From Actinomycetes bacterium (lineage in GTDB: Bacteria; Actinomycetota; Actinomycetes; Propionibacteriales; Propionibacteriaceae): a stretch of DNA of 35,507 nt. The notes under the pieces were generated by a model. That model ran no database searches, was not told the origin of the DNA, and worked only from the letters and a program-made list of their open reading frames with translations. The DNA lies in contig JAEZZG010000058.1 of NCBI GenBank assembly GCA_023442485.1, positions 1-35,507 on the forward strand, written 5' to 3'. This document shows positions 9,282 to 19,276 of the stretch, piece after piece. Every line of letters starts with the position of its first letter. Position 1 is the first letter of the stretch. The position numbers and the translations under genes were made by a program.

Positions 9282-11969
9282 CTAGAGCTTTTCCATTGGT
9301 GCTGCGCGCAACAGCAGTCTCTTCTTCCCGGCTGACCCAAAATCAACCTCGGCCTGGGCTTTATCTGCCTTGCCCGAGACGGAGATCACCGTCCCCAGCC
9401 CGAAGGTGGCGTGCATCACCCGATCCCCGGCAACCACAGACGTGGCCCGGCTCGACGATGTCGACGCCGCCAACGATGGCTTCTGCTTAGGAGCTGCCGA
9501 CTCCCACAGTGCCGGCTTTTTGACACCGGTGGCATTGATCAGCGAATCCCAAGAGTTCTCACTTTCACGCCGTGGCTTGCGGGTCTTCGCGCCAGAGAAT
9601 CCAGACCATGACCTACCTAGGGAGGATTGGCCCCAGCCGTCTTCAGTCTGAGTAGAGTCAGACAAGGCGTTGCCCAGCCGGCGCCACTCCAAGAACTCAG
9701 ACGGGATTTCGTCAAGAAAACGACTGGCAGGATTAGCTGCCGGATTACCCCACTGCACTCGCATCTGGGAACGAGTGAGATAGAGCTGCTGGCGAGCGCG
9801 GGTGATCCCGACATAAGCCAATCGACGCTCCTCTTCCAGTTCAGATGGCTCCATCAGGGTGCGCGAATGAGGGAAGAGGTTCTCTTCCATCCCGGTCAAG
9901 AAGACGACGTCGAATTCGAGGCCCTTGGCGGTGTGCAAGGTCATCAGGGTCACCACCCCATCCGCCTCCGGGTCGGGAATCTGGTCTGAATCGGCCACCA
10001 GAGCGATCCGTTCCAAGAATGCCGCCAAGGAGGTATCTGCTTGGGGCATACCGTCATTGAGCGAAAGCCCCGAGGCGTCCTCATCAAGGTCAATTGCAGT
10101 CACCTCACCGACGAACTGGGCAGCCACAGTCACTAACTGCTCCAGGTTATCGACCCTAGCTAACTCCTGAGGATCGCTGGACTGTTCTAGCTCTTCGAGG
10201 TAGCCAGACTTCTTCAGTACCGAACGCAGCACATCCTCTGCTGTCTCATCCGCGTCGACCATGGCCCGGTGAGAGTTGATCAACTCGACGAACTGGCCAA
10301 GTTTCGTGAGTGCTCTCGACGGGACGCCGTCAATGAGATCGGCCTTGGTCAGTGCATCAAAGAATGAACAGCGATGGGCCGCTGCATAGGCTGCCAGCAC
10401 CGATTCCGTCTTAGATCCGATTCCGCGCTTCGGGGTATTCAAGATTCTGCGCAGACTCACGTCATCGGCAGGATTGGCGATCACCCTGAGGTAGGCGATG
10501 GCATCTTTAACTTCTTTGCGATCGTAGAACTTGGTGCCGCCAACGAGGCGGTACGGGATTCCGAGCTTGACGAGAACGTCTTCAAAAACCCGGCTTTGGG
10601 CGTTCGTTCGATAGAAGATCGCAATATCTGAGTACTTCACTGCTTGGGAATCAACTAGTTTGTCGATCTCTCCAGCAACGTATGATGCCTCTTGGTAGTC
10701 GCCGTCGGCAACCCATCCGATGATCTTCTCCCCTATCCCTTGGGCCGACCACAAGGTCTTCTTCGGACGTGCGAAGTTGTGCTCGATCACGGCGTTGGCT
10801 GCGTTGAGGATGGTCTGCGTCGACCGGTAGTTCTGCTCCAGCATAATCGTGGATGCGCCGGGGAAATCTTGTTCAAAATCGAGGATGTTGCGGATGGTTG
10901 CACCGCGGAAGGCATAGATGGATTGGTCGGAGTCGCCCACCACCATCAACGTCGGGGATTCAATCTCACTCGATCGCTCAACCCCTAGTCGTTGGGGCAG
11001 TTCGCTAGTTGGTGCGACTCCAGCCTCAGCCCCGTCCTGGACGCACAGATGTCGAATCAGTTGATATTGGGCGTAGTTGGTGTCCTGGTATTCGTCAACG
11101 AGGACATGACGGAAGGTGCGCCGGTATTTTTCGAGAATCTGCGGAAATCTCTCGAAAAGCTGCACCGTCTTCATGATCAAATCATCGAAGTCAAGGGCGT
11201 TATTGACCGCGAGCCGACGGTCGTATTCGAGATAGACCTTGACGAAGTTTTCGTTGGGTCCGGGGCTCTGAGAGGCTTGCTCGGGGGTCGTCAAGGAATC
11301 TTTACACTTGGAGATCCAGTTGCGTAAGGCCTTGTCAGAATAGCGTTTTGGATCGAGATCGAAGTCCTTGACGATCATCGAGATCAGGCGTTTGGAGTCG
11401 GCGTCGTCGTAGATGGAAAAACTGCGGGAGAGGTTGAGGGCTTCGGCCTCGGCTCGCAGAATTCGGACACAGGCGGAGTGGAAGGTGGAGACCCACATGT
11501 GGCGGGCGGAGGAGCCGATCAGGTCTGCGACGCGTTCGCGCATCTCGGCGGCTGCTTTGTTGGTGAAGGTGATCGCCAAGATGGAGCCGGGTCGGGCGTT
11601 GCGCTGGGTGATCAGATAGGCGATTCGCCGAGTGAGCACGCGGGTCTTGCCGGAGCCTGCACCGGCGACGACGAGGATGGGGCCGCCGTGGTGTTCGACT
11701 GCGGCTCGCTGCTGCGGGTTGAGATCACCAACAAGGGCGTCGATACTGAGTTCGCGACGGGAGCCGACGTCTAAGGTATCCGAATTCTCTTCGCGATAAT
11801 AGTTCCTGACTCTTCCAGCTCCGGCTAGCGAACCGGACTGGTCACCGTCACCGGCTGGTGCGCCATGTCCTAGCTGGCCGGAATCAGCGGGCGCACAATC
11901 CTGGTCCCCCCAAGAAAAGAGCGGACGGGACAAGGATGACGAAGCAGGTGTACCAGGGTAATCAGTCAT
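9282..11969 (-). CDS. pcrA: ATP-dependent DNA helicase PcrA/UvrD (UvrD1-like)
   Basis: Walker A GAGSGKTRVLTRRIAYL, helicase motifs throughout, and a C-terminal Tudor-like tail GDRVMHATFGLGTVISV typical of PcrA. Start set at the ATG at 11969 (MTDYPGT...); the ORF-track extension to 12077 is unsupported. Confidence 0.9.
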   Translation of the reverse strand: MTDYPGTPASSSLSRPLFSWGDQDCAPADSGQLGHGAPAGDGDQSGSLAGAGRVRNYYREENSDTLDVGSRRELSIDALVGDLNPQQRAAVEHHGGPILVVAGAGSGKTRVLTRRIAYLITQRNARPGSILAITFTNKAAAEMRERVADLIGSSARHMWVSTFHSACVRILRAEAEALNLSRSFSIYDDADSKRLISMIVKDFDLDPKRYSDKALRNWISKCKDSLTTPEQASQSPGPNENFVKVYLEYDRRLAVNNALDFDDLIMKTVQLFERFPQILEKYRRTFRHVLVDEYQDTNYAQYQLIRHLCVQDGAEAGVAPTSELPQRLGVERSSEIESPTLMVVGDSDQSIYAFRGATIRNILDFEQDFPGASTIMLEQNYRSTQTILNAANAVIEHNFARPKKTLWSAQGIGEKIIGWVADGDYQEASYVAGEIDKLVDSQAVKYSDIAIFYRTNAQSRVFEDVLVKLGIPYRLVGGTKFYDRKEVKDAIAYLRVIANPADDVSLRRILNTPKRGIGSKTESVLAAYAAAHRCSFFDALTKADLIDGVPSRALTKLGQFVELINSHRAMVDADETAEDVLRSVLKKSGYLEELEQSSDPQELARVDNLEQLVTVAAQFVGEVTAIDLDEDASGLSLNDGMPQADTSLAAFLERIALVADSDQIPDPEADGVVTLMTLHTAKGLEFDVVFLTGMEENLFPHSRTLMEPSELEEERRLAYVGITRARQQLYLTRSQMRVQWGNPAANPASRFLDEIPSEFLEWRRLGNALSDSTQTEDGWGQSSLGRSWSGFSGAKTRKPRRESENSWDSLINATGVKKPALWESAAPKQKPSLAASTSSSRATSVVAGDRVMHATFGLGTVISVSGKADKAQAEVDFGSAGKKRLLLRAAPMEKL

Positions 11970-12164
11970 AGCGTGGTCAAGGATACCTGATCGTTGAACC
12001 TCGACGGCGCCTGCCGGGGGCAGTGAGCCAACACGATCCCGGCACCTTCCCGGCCACCACCCACTCCGAGCAAGCACACCTGAACGGGTGTATTAAATCG
12101 TTCTTTGTGCGCATCAGACCCGGAATCTTTTAGTTTCTACACTGATCGAAGCTACAGTTGAAGC

Positions 12165-12431
12165 ATGTCAATTATTGGTTGGATTCTCATTGGTCTTATC
12201 GCTGGTACAATCGCCAAGGCAATCATGCCTGGCGATAATGAACCGAGCGGCTGGATTGCCACGATCATTCTTGGTATTGTGGGTGCCCTCCTTGGTGGAT
12301 GGCTCGGCAAGGTCATCTTCAACATCCCGGACGTGAAGTCCTTCTTCTCGTTGAAGACCTGGATCATCGCAGTTCTCGGTTCCTGCTTGGCGTTGTTTAT
12401 CTACGGATTCTTCACCAACAAGAAGAAGTAG
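12165..12431 (+). CDS. GlsB/YeaQ/YmgE family stress-response membrane protein (transglycosylase-associated protein)
   Basis: 88 aa with three TM segments, conserved GWIxxIILGIVGALLGGWL, and a basic C-terminus (TNKKK). Local GC is clearly lower than in the flanking core genes. Confidence 0.85.
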   Translation: MSIIGWILIGLIAGTIAKAIMPGDNEPSGWIATIILGIVGALLGGWLGKVIFNIPDVKSFFSLKTWIIAVLGSCLALFIYGFFTNKKK

Positions 12432-12457
12432 CTCTAACACACCACACACAACTCTTG

Positions 12458-12496
12458 GGTGGCTATCTCTCACGAGGTAGCCACCTGGTGTTTTTA
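12458..12496 (+). terminator. Rho-independent terminator after the YeaQ-family gene
   Basis: GGTGGCTA-tctctcacgagg-TAGCCACC stem-loop followed by TGGTGTTTTT. Confidence 0.6.
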
Positions 12497-12628
12497 CCAC
12501 CCTCTCTGTCGCAGGGAGCCGATCCAACTCCCACCTCGATCACCCCTTAGTCACTACCACTGTCGCGTCCTGGAGTTATCACCTAGCCCACCTCACCGGC
12601 GTCAAGAATAGGGGTTTGCACAACCGAT

Positions 12629-12660
12629 CAAAACTGATACTATTGTGATATCAAGTTTTG
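12629..12660. promoter_or_regulatory. Imperfect 11-12 bp inverted repeat CAAAACTGATA-n9-TATCAAGTTTTG abutting the RBS of the SPFH gene; candidate operator
   Basis: Read directly from the sequence. It ends 2 nt before the GGAGG SD of the SPFH gene. The downstream RHH protein is a plausible binder. Confidence 0.3.
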
Positions 12661-12670
12661 GAGGTTGATT

Positions 12671-13696
12671 ATGGATTCCCCACTTTCTCGCGACCAAGCC
12701 ACCAATCAGATGGTTCACACCGTCAATAGCGCATCACCCGGAACTGATTTCAACCCGGAAGATCCCGGCTCTTCTCTGGGAGGCAATGCGGCCGGTATTC
12801 CCGTCGGTCACGACGGCAACAGGGTCGACATCAATGAATCTAAGGCCTGGTATGTGGACGGCTTCTTGGGGCTCCTCGTCACCCTGCTCTTGATTGCCGG
12901 TGGTGTCGCAATACTGCTCCTATGGGCTCTGCCACACGAGTCCGGTGCCCTAATAGGTGTTTCCCTGGTGCTGTTCGCCATAGCCAGCGTACTCGCCTCA
13001 GGGTTGACCATCATCGTCCCCGGCAAGCCCCAGATCGTGATGTTCTTGGGTCGATACTGTGGAACGATTCGTCGCACCGGCTTAGTGATGACGATTCCGT
13101 TCACCCTGCGCACCTCAATCTCGGTGCGGGTCAACAACTTTGAAACCAACGAACTCAAAGTCAACGACGCCGACGGTAACCCGATCAATATCGCGGCAAT
13201 CGTGGTGTGGCAGGTCGCCGACACCGCTCAGGCGAACTTCTGCGTCGAGGATTATCGCTCCTTCGTCGCGGTTCAAGCTGAGTCAGCTCTGCGCCACGTC
13301 GCCAATACCCACCCCTACGACAATGCCGAGCCAGGCCAAGAAACCCTGCGCGGAGCTACCGAGATCGTCAGCCGCGAGCTAGCAGAAGAGGTTGCCTCAC
13401 GAATTGAGATGGCCGGGCTCGAGGTGTTAGAGGCCAGGATTTCTTCGCTCGCCTACGCCCCGGAGATTGCCCAGGCGATGTTGCAGCGTCAGCAGGCTGT
13501 GGCCGTGATCGCCGCCCGCGAGAAGATTGTTGAAGGTGCAGTGTCGATGGTCCAAGACGCTCTTTCCCATCTGGAGACGGCCGGGATTGTCGAGCTAGAT
13601 TCGGAGCGGCGCGCGAATATGGTGTCGAATCTGCTGGTGGTGCTGTGTTCGGATGCCTCGACGCAGCCGGTCATCAATGCGGGTTCCTTGTACTAG
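12671..13696 (+). CDS. SPFH / band-7 (stomatin-prohibitin-flotillin-like) domain membrane protein
   Basis: N-terminal TM helices followed by an SPFH-like core (KPQIVMFLGRYCGTIRRTGLVMTIPF...VWQVADTAQANF...) and a coiled C-terminal region. GGAGG SD 8 nt upstream of the ATG at 12671. Confidence 0.78.
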   Translation: MDSPLSRDQATNQMVHTVNSASPGTDFNPEDPGSSLGGNAAGIPVGHDGNRVDINESKAWYVDGFLGLLVTLLLIAGGVAILLLWALPHESGALIGVSLVLFAIASVLASGLTIIVPGKPQIVMFLGRYCGTIRRTGLVMTIPFTLRTSISVRVNNFETNELKVNDADGNPINIAAIVVWQVADTAQANFCVEDYRSFVAVQAESALRHVANTHPYDNAEPGQETLRGATEIVSRELAEEVASRIEMAGLEVLEARISSLAYAPEIAQAMLQRQQAVAVIAAREKIVEGAVSMVQDALSHLETAGIVELDSERRANMVSNLLVVLCSDASTQPVINAGSLY

Positions 13697-13706
13697 ATGA
13701 GCCACG

Positions 13707-13946
13707 ATGGCTGAACGCAAAACCTTCCTGCTTCGGCTCGATCCGGCAGTCCACAAGGCGTTATCGCGGTGGGCTGCCGATGAGTTGCGTTCGATCAATG
13801 CTCAAACCGAGGTCATCATTCGGGAGGCACTTCGCAAGGCTGGACGACTGCCTCGCGACGCCAAACCGATGCGCGGGCCTGGACGTCCCCCAGCCTCAGC
13901 ACAGGTCGATTCTGTGCCGGACCACGAAGAGTCCCAGCCCGATTAG
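13707..13946 (+). CDS. Arc/MetJ-type ribbon-helix-helix DNA-binding protein, 10 bp downstream of the SPFH gene
   Basis: KTFLLRLDPAVHKALSRWAADELRSINAQTEVIIREAL matches the beta-strand/helix/helix pattern of Arc-family RHH proteins, followed by a Pro-rich disordered tail. Confidence 0.55.
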   Translation: MAERKTFLLRLDPAVHKALSRWAADELRSINAQTEVIIREALRKAGRLPRDAKPMRGPGRPPASAQVDSVPDHEESQPD

Positions 13947-14038
13947 GCCGAGACAACGTCATTGCCCCTACCCGTGGTTGGTTGAGTCAGTGACGTGATT
14001 GTCACGAGTGCCGTATCGACTCGCCACCCAATCCCAAG

Positions 14039-14899
14039 CTACTGGAAGAAACGCAAGGCAGCTTCAAAGGCTTGCATCCTGGATTTGGCGCAACGGTTCG
14101 GGTATTTTCGTTCGACCTGGAATAGCCACAGCGGTGCGTAGTCCACGGGAACTAGAACGTGGCTGGCGTAGGGGTAGGACATGATGATCAAGTCGTGATC
14201 CCAAGCTGAGTTATTGAGCCGCTTCTGGATGGATTCGACAGCCTTATCGGTCGGCCAGAGAGTGTCATGCTCGGCGTACTGCAACATAATGTCGCCGTTG
14301 ATTTTTTCGACCGGAATCATGGCTTCTTCTGGGACATCTTCAGCAGGGACCTCGAAGCGGTACCGGAAGCTCAACTCGCGATCCTTGATCGCCGACTTGA
14401 CTGCCGCCCAGTTGACTGAATGGGCGAAGGCATAGGGAATCGGCTCTCCTTTCCACGTCCACGCAGGCATATCCATCATGTTGCGACGCAAGAAATGCCC
14501 ATCCTTTTGAGCGCTTCTCACGTATGAGGACGGTGAAACCGCGCAGACCCGGGTGATCTCGGGGATCAAGGATGCCACCAGCAGGGCCACCTCGGCGCCA
14601 CGGGAAAAACCGTAGATTCCGATGCGTTCGTAGCCCATGTCTTTGAGTCTGGAAACTGCCTTGGCAAAGGGATCTAAGGGAACATTGACGAGTTCTTTCG
14701 GCAACCCGGGGCCATCCCAATACTTCATGCCGATTGTGTCGATACATTCGCGGGCAAACTTGGAACTGAGCACATTGGCTACGGGATTCGCTGCTTCGGT
14801 GCCGCCGACGACGATCAGCGCCTGCTTTTCGTCCCATGGAGTTTGTGATTTGTGCATGAATCCGCAAAAGCCATCGTCTTTGATGTTGAAGTCATACAT
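14039..14899 (-). CDS. Alpha/beta hydrolase of the acyl-CoA thioester hydrolase / BAAT C-terminal domain family
   Basis: GFSRGAEVALLVASL nucleophile elbow (GxSxG) with downstream His/Asp candidates. An AAGGAG SD lies 6 nt upstream. Noticeably low GC. Confidence 0.55.
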   Translation of the reverse strand: MYDFNIKDDGFCGFMHKSQTPWDEKQALIVVGGTEAANPVANVLSSKFARECIDTIGMKYWDGPGLPKELVNVPLDPFAKAVSRLKDMGYERIGIYGFSRGAEVALLVASLIPEITRVCAVSPSSYVRSAQKDGHFLRRNMMDMPAWTWKGEPIPYAFAHSVNWAAVKSAIKDRELSFRYRFEVPAEDVPEEAMIPVEKINGDIMLQYAEHDTLWPTDKAVESIQKRLNNSAWDHDLIIMSYPYASHVLVPVDYAPLWLFQVERKYPNRCAKSRMQAFEAALRFFQ

Positions 14900-15050
14900 G
14901 GATGCTCCTTGGTGGGTTGCTCAGTGAGCTGGTTACCTCGATTATGGCAGATGGACGTGAAAACCGGGTCTAACTGGCGGGTTTGATACGGTTACCAGCG
15001 CCCCTTTCGGCCACGACTGATTCAACGACGTGATTGTTCAAGGAGATTCT

Positions 15051-15812
15051 ATGATCGCGCGCTCATTGCCCATGGCGATTCAAGGCAAGTGGGTTGACCC
15101 TGCCTGGAGGGATACGCTGCTGCGGGTACTCAACCAGGACCCATGGGGTTCGGTGATGATCTACGAGGGCCTCCGGCTAGGCCGGATCGAAGTGGTCGCC
15201 TTTTCTGACCACGCCCTCGTGATGGCCAATCGTTCCAATCGGATCGTGTCATTGGCGGGAACCTCCCCTGAGCAGATTTCGCTCCTGCTCGACACCGTCA
15301 AGATCGGAGCCGACATCGCCGTCGGTCCCATCGCGTTGGCAGACCGATTGTCTGAGAAGTTTGGACTTGCCCGCGCGGTGCCGTGCATCCAGGTGGTGTA
15401 TCCGCACGCGGAGGTAAAGGTGCCAGATAGTGATCTTGTCTGCACGCCAGCTACCCTCGACGATGTGGACTTCATCATGGCCCACTACCAGATGGAAACC
15501 GAAGAGATCATCCGCGAATACACTGTGGCTGGCTCCATCATCATCGGACGGGTCGGCGGGGATCGAGTGGGGTTCATCGGCGAACACAGTGAAGCCTCGA
15601 TGGGGATTCTTCACGTCCTGGAGGCCTATCGCGGTCGCGGATTCGCCCAAATATTGGAGCTACATATGGTGCGCAGATTCCTCAACCAGGGGCGTATCCC
15701 GTTCGCTCACATCGTCGTCGATAACATCGCCTCTTTGCGCCTCCAAGCCAAGCTGGGCATGGTTCAGGCCCCGGGCAAGATCGTCTGGGTTGTCCCGGAC
15801 GACGAGGCCTGA
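15051..15812 (+). CDS. GNAT family N-acetyltransferase with an N-terminal accessory domain
   Basis: C-terminal acetyl-CoA-binding-like region (ILHVLEAYRGRGFAQILELHMV). An AGGAG SD lies 5 nt upstream of the ATG at 15051. Confidence 0.55.
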   Translation: MIARSLPMAIQGKWVDPAWRDTLLRVLNQDPWGSVMIYEGLRLGRIEVVAFSDHALVMANRSNRIVSLAGTSPEQISLLLDTVKIGADIAVGPIALADRLSEKFGLARAVPCIQVVYPHAEVKVPDSDLVCTPATLDDVDFIMAHYQMETEEIIREYTVAGSIIIGRVGGDRVGFIGEHSEASMGILHVLEAYRGRGFAQILELHMVRRFLNQGRIPFAHIVVDNIASLRLQAKLGMVQAPGKIVWVVPDDEA

Positions 15813-15895
15813 GCTGGCACGTCAGACGCCTCTGTACCAGTCCAGGTGCCCTCTGCCGCCTAGACTCGAAGCCGAAGTCACCAAGGCGCCCTGAC

Positions 15896-16486
15896 CTATT
15901 GGTCCATCAGGTCGGCGCAGAGGCGTCGGCTAACGGAGCTCTCTTCAAGCGGCATCACCATCACTAAGCAAGGAGTCTCTGGGTCCCACAGTTCCGGGAA
16001 CACCTCCAGGTCAATAAACCCCATAGAGCGGTAGAAGGCGACGGTGCGATCGTAGACCTGATATTTCCCTTCCTGGACCGTCTTGACTTGAAGTAGCAGG
16101 TACTTGTCCTGGCAGTGGGAAATGACTGTTTCGACCAGTTGGGTGCCGATCCCGAAACGGTGGAAATCCTGTTTGATACCGATGACGAAGATCTCTGCGG
16201 TAAAAGGGCTGGTTTGCTGCAAAGCGACGAAACCCACCGGAATCTCGATGTCTCCCACTTCGGTGAAGGCTCCCCACACGGGAAGATCTTTGGAGGATTC
16301 GATGTAGTTACGGTTGGCCTCCGGCCTGCCGAACCATTCTGGCAGATCAGCCAAGACTTCTTCGACCAAGGCAATCTTTTCATCGGGATCGCAGATGAGA
16401 TAGACAGATGTCCGACCGACTTCACCGTCAAATCGGGCCTCGGGATCATCAATTCGCTCGGTTAAAGGCTCACCATCTTGTGACAT
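15896..16486 (-). CDS. GNAT family N-acetyltransferase
   Basis: VIGIKQDFHRFGIGTQLVETVISH (Q/RxxGxG/A motif) with surrounding GNAT-fold spacing. GAGGAGG SD. Confidence 0.65.
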   Translation of the reverse strand: MSQDGEPLTERIDDPEARFDGEVGRTSVYLICDPDEKIALVEEVLADLPEWFGRPEANRNYIESSKDLPVWGAFTEVGDIEIPVGFVALQQTSPFTAEIFVIGIKQDFHRFGIGTQLVETVISHCQDKYLLLQVKTVQEGKYQVYDRTVAFYRSMGFIDLEVFPELWDPETPCLVMVMPLEESSVSRRLCADLMDQ

Positions 16487-16692
16487 TGGCCCTCCTCTTT
16501 ATTTCCTCACCTTCGCGGGGCGTGATCCGCACACATCTACGTTGACTTGGGGAAATACCCTGAGCTTGGAGAAGTTACTGCACCGTCGCGCACTCCGCTT
16601 TGGTCTAGGGTAGCAACCTTTGAGAGCCGAGAGCGTTTTGCAGATAAGCTACGGCTAGGAAATGACGAAAATCGCGACTTCGAGGAACTTAG

Positions 16693-19266
16693 GTGACGAT
16701 CCAACACGAAATCACTGAATCCGATCATCGACATTCGTTGCGGGTGTGGCCAGCCGCCGTCGTTGCTTTCGGATTAGTACTTTGCTCCCACATCATCGCC
16801 GGGCTCTACATCAAATATCCACCGTTTGGTTCGCAATCAGCCAACCTCGATGACCAATTCCGTCAAATCATTCCGTTCTTAGATCAATTCGGGACGATTC
16901 TTCGCGGCACATCGACATCCGACATGTTGTTCAACTGGAACATTGGGCTAGGCGCTAATTTCCTCCCTGATTACGCCACCCACTTGGCTGGCCCCTGGGA
17001 TTTCCTGGCCGGCATCGTCCCGATGACGATGACTGACGGCCTGGTGTGGATCATTGCCACCTTGAACTACTCCTGCGCTGCAGCCGCAATGGTCTATCTG
17101 CTCAACGCCATCCGACCTATCTCTAGTCAGTTCTCCCGCTGGCTGATCGCGGCGGTGAGTGCAGGTTACGGCCTATGTTCTTGGTCATTATCTACGGCCT
17201 ACCTGTTTCTCCCGTGGACCTACGGCCTGGTGGCATTCCCCATGATTACCCTGGCCGGAATATGGTCTATCCGCAGGATTCGGATGGGATGGTCTGTCGC
17301 CATCATCGCCCTCTTCTGGTGCTGTAACTACTACACCGCCTATATGGCATCGATCGCGGCCGCTGTTGTGATTATCACCTATCTGGTTGCCGAGAAAATC
17401 CCGTGGCGTCAAGCCCTAGCCGGGTTGGGTCGATTCACTGTGCGTGGCGCACTCGGCGTGGCCGGGTCAATGCCACTGTTACTGCCGACCTACCTGGCAT
17501 TGCAGGATTCGGCGAAATACGCCCCCACTGTTTTCTTCCAGTCATCCTTCGTGCCGATCACGAAGCGATTCTTCGGTTGGCTGTTGCCCATCACAGACAA
17601 CGCCTCCTCCACCCCCGCCATCTCTTCCTTGCTGATTCCCCTCCTGGCCGTGATCGCCATTCCCTTCGTGTCATCAATTCCTGTGCGGGCACGAATCGCC
17701 TGGTGCGTTGGCTGTATCTTCATGCTGACCTCAATCGTCTTCGTCCCGACCCTATTCCTGTGGCATGTGTTCACCATCCCCAACGGCAGTCTCTTCCGCG
17801 AGACATTCGTCGTGTCGGGATTCTTCGTGGTCGCAGCCTGGATTGGGATCGATGGCGTCCTGAAGAGATTCACCTTGTGGCCGCTGTGGGTGGCTCAAGC
17901 GGCCGTCGTGGTGATCTATCTCGCGTCTCGGCCGCGCGCGACTTACTTCAGCGTTCGAGTTCCGATCAACACATGGGCGACAAAATATGCCATCCTTGCC
18001 TGGCTCGTAGTGCTGACCGTCGTCACCATCTTGGCGCATCACAAGACCTTGCCAACCCGCATCATTGCGTCCGTGGTGATTTTGGGAACCCTCGCCGAAG
18101 GATCATTGAGTGTCGCTGTCATCCACTCCAAGATGATGGCCAAGTACGCCTACCCACAGTGGAGCCTATCTGCCAATACGGTCCCATTATTTGCCTCGAT
18201 CGCCGAACAATTTCAGGGACGGCAATGGCCCCACCACCGGACACTCTTCCAGTTTCCACTGCTGATGACCGGGGCATCATTGCTGAACTCTCCAGGAATC
18301 GCATACTGGTCTTCCGTCGCCGACCTCGATATGGCTAATGCCATGAAAGATCTCGGTCTTCAATACCTCGTCAATGGACGCATCATTCTTCACGCCCCCG
18401 ACGAGGCCTTGATGTCACTGCTGGGTGCCTCTGGCTATGTAACCGCTGACCACCTCAACGACAACGACACCACGATGATCTACCAGGCGATCCCCGCCAT
18501 GCCAGTAGCGCGGCTATTGCAGTCGCGCCCTGAGGCGTCGGCCACCGCCCAGACTATTTTTGATCACCGCAACCAACTCGTCACCCGCCCCATCTATTCT
18601 GAACCGGCAAGCATGACGGTCACGACACGGATGGAGCAGACCTCCCCGGTGATGGAGGTCACCACAACCTGCAGCGTCGGTACTCGTCCAGTCCTTCGCC
18701 GCCAAGACATGCCCTACGAGGCTGTAGTAACTGGGGTGAATCCAGGTGTGGAATCGAGCGGCGGCACGAGCCCAAGTTCAAAACTGAACACGGTCGACGA
18801 CTTCAAGCTCAGCTCCGCAGGAATCCCAGCCGTCTTTACCATCAAGATGGCCGCAGGGACCGTCGACAGTCTCCCGCCAGTACAGGTTGCCTGCTTGAAT
18901 CAAACCATCCTCGATGATGAGATCGCGGCAGCCCAAGAGCCGCAACAGCTTAGTCTCCAAGGGTCGACTATCAAGGCCAGATTCGCCCAACCCGTCACCG
19001 GAGAGCTGATCATCTCGACGGCAACAACTAAGGGATGGACATGTACCGTAGACGGTGAACGCACGACCCCCCGACGCACAGGAGGACTATTCTCACTGCC
19101 CATGGAAGACAGCCAGTCAGTGGAATGTCACTACCGCCCTGCAGGGTTGATCAGTGGAATGGGCATCGGCGCGGGTGCCTTGGTGGTGACCCTGACAGCG
19201 ATGATGATGGGATATAGGCGACGCCGACATACCCAGGCATCTCAACCAATCGACATATCGGAATAG
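16693..19266 (+). CDS. YfhO-family polytopic membrane protein (GT-C-like candidate glycosyltransferase), 857 aa
   Basis: At least 12 TM helices in the first 450 aa, a large extracytoplasmic domain, and a final C-terminal TM helix (GIGAGALVVTLTAMMMGY) with a basic tail. This architecture and size match YfhO. GTG start with a GAGGAA SD. Low GC. Confidence 0.55.
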   Translation: MTIQHEITESDHRHSLRVWPAAVVAFGLVLCSHIIAGLYIKYPPFGSQSANLDDQFRQIIPFLDQFGTILRGTSTSDMLFNWNIGLGANFLPDYATHLAGPWDFLAGIVPMTMTDGLVWIIATLNYSCAAAAMVYLLNAIRPISSQFSRWLIAAVSAGYGLCSWSLSTAYLFLPWTYGLVAFPMITLAGIWSIRRIRMGWSVAIIALFWCCNYYTAYMASIAAAVVIITYLVAEKIPWRQALAGLGRFTVRGALGVAGSMPLLLPTYLALQDSAKYAPTVFFQSSFVPITKRFFGWLLPITDNASSTPAISSLLIPLLAVIAIPFVSSIPVRARIAWCVGCIFMLTSIVFVPTLFLWHVFTIPNGSLFRETFVVSGFFVVAAWIGIDGVLKRFTLWPLWVAQAAVVVIYLASRPRATYFSVRVPINTWATKYAILAWLVVLTVVTILAHHKTLPTRIIASVVILGTLAEGSLSVAVIHSKMMAKYAYPQWSLSANTVPLFASIAEQFQGRQWPHHRTLFQFPLLMTGASLLNSPGIAYWSSVADLDMANAMKDLGLQYLVNGRIILHAPDEALMSLLGASGYVTADHLNDNDTTMIYQAIPAMPVARLLQSRPEASATAQTIFDHRNQLVTRPIYSEPASMTVTTRMEQTSPVMEVTTTCSVGTRPVLRRQDMPYEAVVTGVNPGVESSGGTSPSSKLNTVDDFKLSSAGIPAVFTIKMAAGTVDSLPPVQVACLNQTILDDEIAAAQEPQQLSLQGSTIKARFAQPVTGELIISTATTKGWTCTVDGERTTPRRTGGLFSLPMEDSQSVECHYRPAGLISGMGIGAGALVVTLTAMMMGYRRRRHTQASQPIDISE

Positions 19267-19276
19267 GGAGCGCGAA

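Noticed and set aside
14940-15000. Repeated GGTTACC segments (ctggttacc ... cggttaccag) upstream of the GNAT gene, initially read as an inverted repeat.
   Set aside because: On inspection they are short direct 7-mers, not complementary, and are expected by chance.
13992-15037. An 11-nt direct repeat GACGTGATTGT at 13992-14002 and 15027-15037, flanking the low-GC BAAT-type hydrolase gene (possible target-site duplication).
   Set aside because: For 35.5 kb the expected number of chance 11-mer exact matches is on the order of 10^2. Nothing else in the flanks resembles IS ends, so this is not evidence of insertion.
13707-16486. Possibility that the RHH protein and one of the GNATs form a GNAT-RHH (TacAT/AtaRT-like) toxin-antitoxin pair.
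   Set aside because: The RHH gene is coupled to the SPFH gene and is separated from both GNAT genes by the hydrolase gene and by opposite orientations. The GNATs (about 254 and 196 aa) are larger than typical GNAT toxins.
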